Assembly: GCA_017609625.1 (NCBI GenBank)
Contig: JAFCDN010000001.1
Location: 3,230 to 67,229 of the forward strand
Length of the DNA: 64,000 nucleotides
DNA from: Candidatus Iainarchaeum sp.
GTDB taxonomy: Archaea > Iainarchaeota > Iainarchaeia > Iainarchaeales > 1-14-0-10-31-34
Direction of reading: 5' to 3'
Shown: positions 57,503 to 64,000 of the stretch, in pieces
How the letters are laid out: each line of letters opens with the position of its first letter
Position numbering within the stretch: position 1 is the first letter of the stretch
Program-made: the position numbers and the translations under genes
Notes under the pieces: generated by a model
Told to the model about the DNA's origin: nothing
What the model saw: only the letters and a program-made list of their open reading frames with translations
The model's database searches: none

Positions 57503-57811
57503 ATGAAGAATCCTTTAAGAAAAGCCAGAAACACGGTTAGAGAATTTTTTCTTGTAGCAAAAATGAAGAAAAGAAGAAATGCAAGAAAACGAATAACTCA
57601 AACCGAAAATCCTTTATTAGCACTTCGTAGCACTAATACTGGTGTGCGAAAACAGGCGGAGATTAACTCTTTAATCTCTTGTTTAGGAGCTACAATAAAC
57701 AACAGAACTCAATTTGTTAGTTCAGCAGAAGCATTGCACTTGGCCAAGAGCGAAATACAGGAAATCTGGCCTTATTTTAAAAGTGCTTTGAAGATAAGAA
57801 ATAAACAATAA
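57503..57811 (+). CDS. Hypothetical basic protein
   Basis: 102 aa with Arg/Lys-rich N-terminal third. Confidence 0.55.
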   Translation: MKNPLRKARNTVREFFLVAKMKKRRNARKRITQTENPLLALRSTNTGVRKQAEINSLISCLGATINNRTQFVSSAEALHLAKSEIQEIWPYFKSALKIRNKQ

Positions 57812-57827
57812 AAGTTAAGAAGCATTT

Positions 57828-58355
57828 TTACTTTGCATAAAATTCTTTGCTTACAATTTTCATTAAAGCCATAACAACAGCTAACTCAGTAAATTCTGTT
57901 CTGTTAATTTTTCCTTTTGTGAGTTCTCCTACTGCCCCCTTTTTTTTTCCCATATCTTTTTCTTTTCCAAACAATTTAGCAAAAGCAGTGTTAATATCAT
58001 CTTCTCCTTTCAAAAGCAACTGAACTGCTTTCTCTGGATATTCAAACAAAGGGCTTGTTCCAAAGAAAAAATCTTTTCCGTCAAAAATTACTGCCATTGT
58101 AATCTCCATATAGCCGGAGTTTGAAGGAAAACTCATTATTCCAGATTCAATCCCAACAGAGTAGTTACAATTAGAAAAACTTTTCATTGCTCTGTTTTGA
58201 GCACCTTTTAAAATATCCTGTAAATTCAAAGGCTGTTCTTTTACTTCAGAATCAGTTTCAATTCCTTTAACTTCTATTTCTTCAAAATATTTCCCAAAAG
58301 CGTTTTTTACTGCTTTAACTTTTATTGGATTTTCTGAACCAACATTAATCAGCAT
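57828..58355 (-). CDS. yjjX: Inosine/xanthosine triphosphatase
   Basis: GSENPIKV.AV, EQP, GAQNRA, VGIESG, GAVGELT.G...R. Confidence 0.9.
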   Translation of the reverse strand: MLINVGSENPIKVKAVKNAFGKYFEEIEVKGIETDSEVKEQPLNLQDILKGAQNRAMKSFSNCNYSVGIESGIMSFPSNSGYMEITMAVIFDGKDFFFGTSPLFEYPEKAVQLLLKGEDDINTAFAKLFGKEKDMGKKKGAVGELTKGKINRTEFTELAVVMALMKIVSKEFYAK

Positions 58356-58387
58356 CTTATTACCTTATTTTCGTCTCTTATTTTTTT

Positions 58388-59743
58388 TTACCTTATTTTC
58401 ATTTTCTTCTGTTTACCAAACTTTTTCATTAATTTATCCAAAGCGCCTTTTTTCTGCAATTGTTTTGGATCAGAAAACTTTTTCATCTGTTTAACCATTT
58501 TTTTCATTCTTTTATAGTGTTTTATTAATTCCCTTACATCTTCTTCTTTTTTCCCTGAACCTTTTGCTATCCTTAAAATCCTTGGATGATTTAATAACTC
58601 TGGATCTAATTTTTCTTTTTTTGTCATTGAATCCATTATCACTTTAAATGAATCCAGTTTTTCTTCTCCTACTTCTAATTGTTCTTTTGGGATTTGGCTT
58701 CCCATTCCCATCATGTCCATTACTTTATTTAATGGCCCCATTTTTCTTGCAGCTTTTAATTGTTTATAAAAAATATCCAGATTAAATTCTTTTTTCATTA
58801 ATTCTTCTAAATCAACTTCTTCGTTTTCTGTTGCGTCTTTTACTTTTTCCAGCAACCCCTGCAAATCTCCGTAACCCATTATTCTGCTTAAATATCTTGT
58901 AGCATCAAATTCTTCCAAGTCATTCATTTTTTCTCCTGTTCCAATAAAATAAACAGGAGCTTTTGTAAGCGCACATGCAATTAAAGAGCCTCCTCCTTTT
59001 GCAGAACCATCCATTTTTGTAATAACTACTCCATTTATCCCTACACTTTCATGAAAAGCTTTAGCTTGTTTGCCTGCAATCTGGCCAATATCTGCTCCTA
59101 AAACAAGCAGACTCAAATCAGGCTTTAATGATTCATTTACTTCTTTTATTTCTTTTACTAGTTCTTTATCTAAAGCACTTCTTCCGGCAGAATCAACTAT
59201 AATCAAATCAAAATCTTTGAATTTCTTTAATCCTTCTTTTACTACTTTTTCTGCTTTTTTTTCTTTTTTAATTCCAAAAAACTCTATATCAACTTTTCCT
59301 GCAACCTGCTGCAGCTGCTCAAACGCAGCTGGACGAAAAGTGTCTGCACAAATTAACCCGACTTTTTTTCCTCTTTTAGAATAATATTTTGCCAGTTTAC
59401 CTGAACTAGTGGTTTTTCCTGAACCAAACAAACCTAACATCAAAATCTTTCTAGGCTCTTTCTCTAATTTAGGTTTTTCTCCGCCTAAAGCTTTAGCTAA
59501 AATATCATAAGTGTTTTTTGTAATAAACTCTCTTCTGTTAATTCCTTCAGGCAAATCTTTAAATGCTTGTTCTTCAATTTTTTTTGTTAATTTCAATACA
59601 AGCTCTACTTGTACATCTGAAGCAATCAATGCTCTTTGAATCTCTTTAACCACTTCTTTTACTGTATCTTTATCTAAAGAACTTGAGTTGCGGATTTTTT
59701 CCATTGCATTTCTTAGTGTTTCTCCTAAACCCATTTTTACCAC
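58388..59743 (-). CDS. srp54: Signal recognition particle protein SRP54
   Basis: GLFGSGKTT, DTFRPAA, DSAGR, TKMDGSAKGGG, Met-rich M domain with RIAKGSG. Confidence 0.96.
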   Translation of the reverse strand: MVKMGLGETLRNAMEKIRNSSSLDKDTVKEVVKEIQRALIASDVQVELVLKLTKKIEEQAFKDLPEGINRREFITKNTYDILAKALGGEKPKLEKEPRKILMLGLFGSGKTTSSGKLAKYYSKRGKKVGLICADTFRPAAFEQLQQVAGKVDIEFFGIKKEKKAEKVVKEGLKKFKDFDLIIVDSAGRSALDKELVKEIKEVNESLKPDLSLLVLGADIGQIAGKQAKAFHESVGINGVVITKMDGSAKGGGSLIACALTKAPVYFIGTGEKMNDLEEFDATRYLSRIMGYGDLQGLLEKVKDATENEEVDLEELMKKEFNLDIFYKQLKAARKMGPLNKVMDMMGMGSQIPKEQLEVGEEKLDSFKVIMDSMTKKEKLDPELLNHPRILRIAKGSGKKEEDVRELIKHYKRMKKMVKQMKKFSDPKQLQKKGALDKLMKKFGKQKKMKIR

Positions 59744-59786
59744 TTTTAAAATAGAATTCTGTTGGGAAAAGAATAATAGTTTTTCA

Positions 59787-61226
59787 CTATTTAATAATCC
59801 TTTCAGTTAAAAACTTTGGAGTGAATTCAATTAAATCCTCATATCCTTGTCCTGTGCCGACAAAAACAACAGGTTTCTTTAAAGCAGAAATCAAAGAAAT
59901 CGCGGTTCCGCCTTTTGCATCAGTGTCAATTTTAGTTAAAACAAAACCATCAAACCCAATCTTTTCACTGAATTCTTTTGCCTGTTCAAATAAGGAATTG
60001 CCTGACATTGCTTCTCCGACAAACAGTTTCAAATCAGGTTTAACTACTCTGTCAATTTTTTTCAGTTCATTCATTAAATTTATATTTGTTTCCTGCCTTC
60101 CGGCAGAATCAATTAACACTAAATCAATATCTTTTGCTTCTGCTGCCCTTACTGCATCAAATGCTACAGCAGCAGGGTCACTGCCATACTGGTGCTTTAC
60201 TAATCTTAAATTTAGTCTGTCTGCATGAACCTGAATCTGTTCAATTGAAGCAGCACGAAAAGTGTCTGCTGCAGCCAAAATAACTTTTTTTCCTTGCTTT
60301 TGAAATCTGAAAGCAATTTTTGCAATTGAAGTGGTTTTCCCTGCTCCGTTTGGCCCTAAAAAAAGTATTACAAAAGGCTTTTTGTTTTGAATTTTTTCTT
60401 CCAAAGGAATCTTTGGAACATCCATTAATCTTTCCAGAATCAAAGCAATTTCTTTTTTCAATCCTTCACTGACATTTTTTCCGTCAATTTCTTTTCCAAC
60501 AAGCTCTTTTTTGATTTCTTGCACGATTTTTGAGGCAGTTTGCTGTTCTACATCTGATTCCAGTAAAGCAAGTTCAAAGTCTTCCAGAAAATCGTTTACA
60601 TCTTTTTCTTCTATTTTAACTCTTCCGGTAAAAAACTTTTTTATTCCTGTTTTCAAAGAAACTTTTGCTTTTAGTTCTCTTTCTTTTAATAAATCCGAAT
60701 CAATTTTCTTTGAAACATCTTCTTCCAAATCTTTTTCTAATTCTTTTTCAAAAACTTCTTCGTGTTTTTCCTTTAAAACTTGTTTTTCTGCTTTTTCTTC
60801 AATTTTTATTTCAGCTTCTTTTTCAAACTCTTCTATTACTTCTTTTTTCTCTTTTTCTAATTCTTTTATTATTTTTTCATCTTTTTGGTCAAGCTTTTTC
60901 TCTGAAAAAACTTGTTTTTCTGCATTTTCTTCTAATTCAATTTTTTTTTCAAGCTCTTCTTTTTTTTCTGTTTCTTTTATTTCTGCTAAAACTTCTTTTT
61001 CTTCTTCAGTTAAATCTTCTGTTAATTCTCTTTCTTCTTCTGTTTTTTGTTCAACCTTTTTTTCTAAAAAAGGTTGTTTTTCTGCTTCAATTCTTTCCAG
61101 AACTTCTTCTTTTGGTTCTTCAATTGCTTTTTCTTCTTCTCTTAGAATTTGTTCTTCTTTTTTTTCCAGTTTGCCTTTAACTTTTTCAGTGAAAGAATCA
61201 ATTTTTTTCTTTAAGAAATTGAACAT
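59787..61226 (-). CDS. ftsY: SRP receptor FtsY with long acidic N-terminal domain
   Basis: GPNGAGKTT, DTFRAA, DSAGRQ, TKIDTDAKGG, GTGQGY. Confidence 0.96.
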   Translation of the reverse strand: MFNFLKKKIDSFTEKVKGKLEKKEEQILREEEKAIEEPKEEVLERIEAEKQPFLEKKVEQKTEEERELTEDLTEEEKEVLAEIKETEKKEELEKKIELEENAEKQVFSEKKLDQKDEKIIKELEKEKKEVIEEFEKEAEIKIEEKAEKQVLKEKHEEVFEKELEKDLEEDVSKKIDSDLLKERELKAKVSLKTGIKKFFTGRVKIEEKDVNDFLEDFELALLESDVEQQTASKIVQEIKKELVGKEIDGKNVSEGLKKEIALILERLMDVPKIPLEEKIQNKKPFVILFLGPNGAGKTTSIAKIAFRFQKQGKKVILAAADTFRAASIEQIQVHADRLNLRLVKHQYGSDPAAVAFDAVRAAEAKDIDLVLIDSAGRQETNINLMNELKKIDRVVKPDLKLFVGEAMSGNSLFEQAKEFSEKIGFDGFVLTKIDTDAKGGTAISLISALKKPVVFVGTGQGYEDLIEFTPKFLTERIIK

Positions 61227-61235
61227 GAAAATCAG

Positions 61236-61670
61236 TTACTGCTCTTTCCTTGCTTCCTGTGCTTTCTGCACTATCTGGCTTAAAGCATTCATATTTGCAT
61301 AAATTGCTTGCTGTTGTTTGCTTAATTCTTCCAGTTTTCCCTGTGCTTCTTTTTCTTTTTCTTCTAATTGTGCTATTGAATCATCTATTTTTGATTCAAC
61401 TATTATATTTCCCGGAAGACTTGTTTTTACTTTTGTTTTTTCATCTATTTTTATTTGCAAAAAAATTCCTACTCCTAAAGAAACCATTGCCTGGTCTCCT
61501 TTCTTGGTTTTTTTCACTTCTTTTAGGGCTTCTCTTGCAAAAAATATTTCTTCCATTAATCCTTGCACTGAAGCAATGCTTCTCTGAATTGATTCTAATT
61601 TTGCTTTTTCTCCTGTTAAAGCATTAACTATCTGCTGTCCGTTTAAGGTAACAGTTTTTTGTTCAGCCAT
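61236..61670 (-). CDS. pfdA: Prefoldin alpha subunit
   Basis: Coiled coil-beta hairpin-coiled coil with VSLGVGIF; conserved operon position. Confidence 0.88.
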   Translation of the reverse strand: MAEQKTVTLNGQQIVNALTGEKAKLESIQRSIASVQGLMEEIFFAREALKEVKKTKKGDQAMVSLGVGIFLQIKIDEKTKVKTSLPGNIIVESKIDDSIAQLEEKEKEAQGKLEELSKQQQAIYANMNALSQIVQKAQEARKEQ

Positions 61671-61849
61671 TATTTCACCTCTTTTACTTCATTTATTTCA
61701 ATATGCCTTCTTTTAACCTTGTTTTTTGAACCAAATAAATTCATAACCTTTTCCATTGCAGTGTTTTGATTCAAAGAAAAAACCTCTTTTTTGAAGTTTT
61801 TTTCCATTTTTCCGTTTTTTATTTTTCCGTTTACTTCAAATTTTTTCAT
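61670..61849 (-). CDS. rpl18a: 50S ribosomal protein LX (L18Ae/L20e)
   Basis: 59-aa ORF absent from the track, translated by hand: MKKFEVNG...FKKEV...AMEKVMNLFGSKNKVKRRHIEINEVKEVK. Confidence 0.9.
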   Translation of the reverse strand: MKKFEVNGKIKNGKMEKNFKKEVFSLNQNTAMEKVMNLFGSKNKVKRRHIEINEVKEVK

Positions 61850-62511
61850 TATTCTCCCCTCAAACCTTCATCTATTACAAGAATTTCTGCGTTAGAAGTG
61901 TATTCTCCAATCAAAACCCCTTTAGAGTTTGCAAGAATATCGTTTGCAACAAACGGGTCTCCGTAATTTGCAGTTGAAGGAATTCCGCTTACCTTAAGTA
62001 TTGATTCGATTTCCTTTAATTCTTTTTCTTTTATTTCTGGATGCACTATAAACCCTTTATTTGTAGCTGTAATGCAAGAACCAACTACTTCGCTGTTTGC
62101 AATATTCATTTGTTTAATTGGAACTCCAAAAAACTTTTTTATTTCTTCAAAAATTTTTTTTTCAATCAAAGAGCTTGCAATCCCTCCAAAATCATTTACT
62201 GCAATTAAATTCCCTAAAGCAGTTAAACCTTTTATTCTTTTCACTTTAATTCCCTGTTCTTCTATTGCTTTTAGTTCTCTTTCTTCTACAGTTTCTGCTG
62301 CAATAAATCCTTTGCTGTTTCCTTTTACAAGGCTTCCTACAAGAGAACTGTTTGAAATAGTTGTCTGAATAACTTCAACTTCAAAAAACTCTTCAAGTTT
62401 TTTTGCTTCTTTTTTTTCAATCTCTAAAGGAAGCAGACATGTTTTTTCTGTTACTGAAGCAAAAATTCCAATAAAAGGGCTTCCTCGTAGAGTTTTTTTT
62501 TCAATTTTCAT
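61849..62511 (-). CDS. eif6: Translation initiation factor 6 (aIF6)
   Basis: GSPFIGIF, ALGNLIAVND, VVGSC, TANYGDPFV. Confidence 0.94.
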   Translation of the reverse strand: MKIEKKTLRGSPFIGIFASVTEKTCLLPLEIEKKEAKKLEEFFEVEVIQTTISNSSLVGSLVKGNSKGFIAAETVEERELKAIEEQGIKVKRIKGLTALGNLIAVNDFGGIASSLIEKKIFEEIKKFFGVPIKQMNIANSEVVGSCITATNKGFIVHPEIKEKELKEIESILKVSGIPSTANYGDPFVANDILANSKGVLIGEYTSNAEILVIDEGLRGE

Positions 62512-62516
62512 TTGAA

Positions 62517-62960
62517 TTACTCTTTTTGTCTTCTTTTGAATTCAGCTTTTTCTGCATCTCTTTCTTTCTGCCTTTTTTCTTCAAGCTTTCTCTGCTTTTC
62601 TTTTTCTGCTTCAATTTCTTCTTTTGTTTTTTTCCCTTCTTTTTCTTTTCTCTTCTTTTTCTCTTCTTTTTTCTTTTCTTTCAGTTCTTTTTCCATTTCT
62701 TTTAGTTCAGTTCCTTCTTTTAAAAAAACAAAAGTTTTGTCTTCAATTTCTTTTATCTGGACTTCAACTTTCCTCGGAATACCAAACATTCCTCTTTCCC
62801 AAATCTTTTGGTTTAATTCTTTTGAAATTGCAATCTGCTCATCTTTAAGTCTTTTATGTTTTTTCATAAAATCTTTTATTGCTCTGATGGCTTTTTTTGC
62901 CCTTCCTCTTTTTGGTTTGTCAAAAACTTTTACTAAAGGAATTGTATAAACACCAACCAT
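62517..62960 (-). CDS. rpl31e: 50S ribosomal protein L31e with charged C-terminal tail
   Basis: YTIPL, RAKKAIRAIKDF..KH, ELNQKIWERG..IPRK. Confidence 0.93.
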   Translation of the reverse strand: MVGVYTIPLVKVFDKPKRGRAKKAIRAIKDFMKKHKRLKDEQIAISKELNQKIWERGMFGIPRKVEVQIKEIEDKTFVFLKEGTELKEMEKELKEKKKEEKKKRKEKEGKKTKEEIEAEKEKQRKLEEKRQKERDAEKAEFKRRQKE

Positions 62961-62969
62961 TTTTTCACC

Positions 62970-63161
62970 TTACTCTTTTTTGTTTTTTTCGTATAATTTT
63001 CCTAAATCAACATTTTTCCAGTGCCTTTTCTGTTTTGTGTTCCAGATTCTTTCCCCTTTTTTTTGCACAATCCACACTGGAGCATTGCTTAATCCTGGGC
63101 CAATTTTTTTTCTTGCTGAAATCAAAAAATCTTTTTTTCCTTTTTCTTTATGTTTTGCCAT
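62970..63161 (-). CDS. rpl39e: 50S ribosomal protein L39e
   Basis: APVWIVQK, KRHW; operon position. Confidence 0.82.
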   Translation of the reverse strand: MAKHKEKGKKDFLISARKKIGPGLSNAPVWIVQKKGERIWNTKQKRHWKNVDLGKLYEKNKKE

Positions 63162-63177
63162 TTTTTCACCTTACATT

Positions 63178-63495
63178 TTATTTTCTTTTAATCGTAATTT
63201 CTCTTTTTGCTGATAATTGTTCTAATAATCTTTTCAGTTCTTCTTCCCCTATTTTTTCCTGAATTTTTCCGCTTTTATACAAAAAAATCAAACTTTGGGC
63301 GGTTTTCAAATAAAGATCCCGATTCACTAACCTTACATTTGCCAGCCTTGATTTTGCCTCTTCTGTTAAAACAATTTTTAATGCAGAATCAATCTGATTC
63401 TCCAATTCAATCTGTTGCTGCTGTTGTTCATACTGTTTAGAGTATTTTTCTCTTAATTCATTTATTCTTTTTTCCTTTATCTCTTCTTGGTTCAT
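63178..63495 (-). CDS. PDCD5-family DNA-binding protein
   Basis: LTEEAKSRLANVRLV, EEELKRLL, REITIKRK. Confidence 0.9.
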   Translation of the reverse strand: MNQEEIKEKRINELREKYSKQYEQQQQQIELENQIDSALKIVLTEEAKSRLANVRLVNRDLYLKTAQSLIFLYKSGKIQEKIGEEELKRLLEQLSAKREITIKRK

Positions 63496-64000
63496 TTTTC
63501 TCTTTCCTTTTCGCTTTTTTCTTTCCTGCATCAGGGCTTGCTGTTTTTTCTTTTGCTAAAGTTAATACTCTTTTCTTTTGCTTTGGATGTTCTTTAAGGT
63601 CTTCTAATGCTTTTTTTGCGTTCTTGTTCAGTAAAGCAATTCCTTTTGAAGTAACAACTCTGCCTTTTTTGTCTTTTTTTACTAAACCTTCTTTTTCTAA
63701 TGCCTGCAAGCAGTCTCTGATAATTTTTCCGCTTGCTTTAACATGCCTGTGTGGTTTTCTTCCCCTGTTTTTTCTTCCGCCATAATAAGTCCTTAATGAT
63801 TCTGTTCCTACAGGGCCGTCCAAAAAAATCCTTCTTAAAATTGAAGCCATTCTGTTGTAATACCAGCCTTCCTGCTGTGGAGCTCTTTCTCTATGTGCTC
63901 CTGTTTTAACATAATTTATATATCCTGGCTCTTGAATACTCTTGTTTTCTTTCAGCTCTTTTGCTGTCTCTTTAATTAATTCTGTTCCTGGCACGTCATA
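63458..64000 (-). CDS. rps19e: 30S ribosomal protein S19e, start beyond window edge
   Basis: YDVP, VKTGAHRERAP, WYYNRMASILR, YGGRKNRG, SGKIIR. Confidence 0.95.
   Translation of the reverse strand, partial: YDVPGTELIKETAKELKENKSIQEPGYINYVKTGAHRERAPQQEGWYYNRMASILRRIFLDGPVGTESLRTYYGGRKNRGRKPHRHVKASGKIIRDCLQALEKEGLVKKDKKGRVVTSKGIALLNKNAKKALEDLKEHPKQKKRVLTLAKEKTASPDAGKKKAKRKEKNEPRRDKGKKNK

Noticed and set aside
60511-61302. Long antisense ORFs (for example 60511-61302, 14593-15228, 25121-25669, 62512-62949)
   Set aside because: Phe/Ser-rich or otherwise featureless shadows of genes on the opposite strand.

Overview
AT-rich, compact archaeal chromosome segment. It is probably DPANN, most consistent with Iainarchaeota/Diapherotrites; this is inferred from gene content only. 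From left to right: a tRNA cluster (Lys-UUU partial, Lys-CUU, Phe-GAA) around a nonsense-interrupted LAGLIDADG endonuclease; a purine biosynthesis cluster (purA, purB, purF, purC, purE, guaA); class I lysS; a KaiC-like ATPase; a long RelA/SpoT homologue with a degenerate hydrolase domain; bacterial-type tpiA; a type IV pilus locus headed by a second KaiC-like ATPase; SRP RNA; a complete A/V-type ATP synthase operon with inteins in both A and B; radA with two inteins; DsbA and a triple-CxxC protein; RPA; a broken PIN toxin with a convergent RHH gene; GGGP synthase; rtcA; prepilin peptidase; and the S19e-L39e-L31e-eIF6-LX-pfdA-ftsY-srp54 operon. The top finding is that tRNA-Phe appears to carry a 45-nt intron at position 4/5 of the acceptor stem. 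Its strict bulge-helix-bulge motif is built partly from the 5' leader, and predicted splicing restores a perfect 7-bp acceptor stem. The gene lies directly downstream of the free-standing LAGLIDADG gene. Other notable items are an SRP RNA apparently lacking helix 6, a synthetase-only RSH next to purine genes, a dispersed REP-like palindrome family, several very basic orphan proteins, a repeat-motif secreted peptide precursor and a probable ATA start codon. All calls come from reading motifs by eye; no database searches were run.
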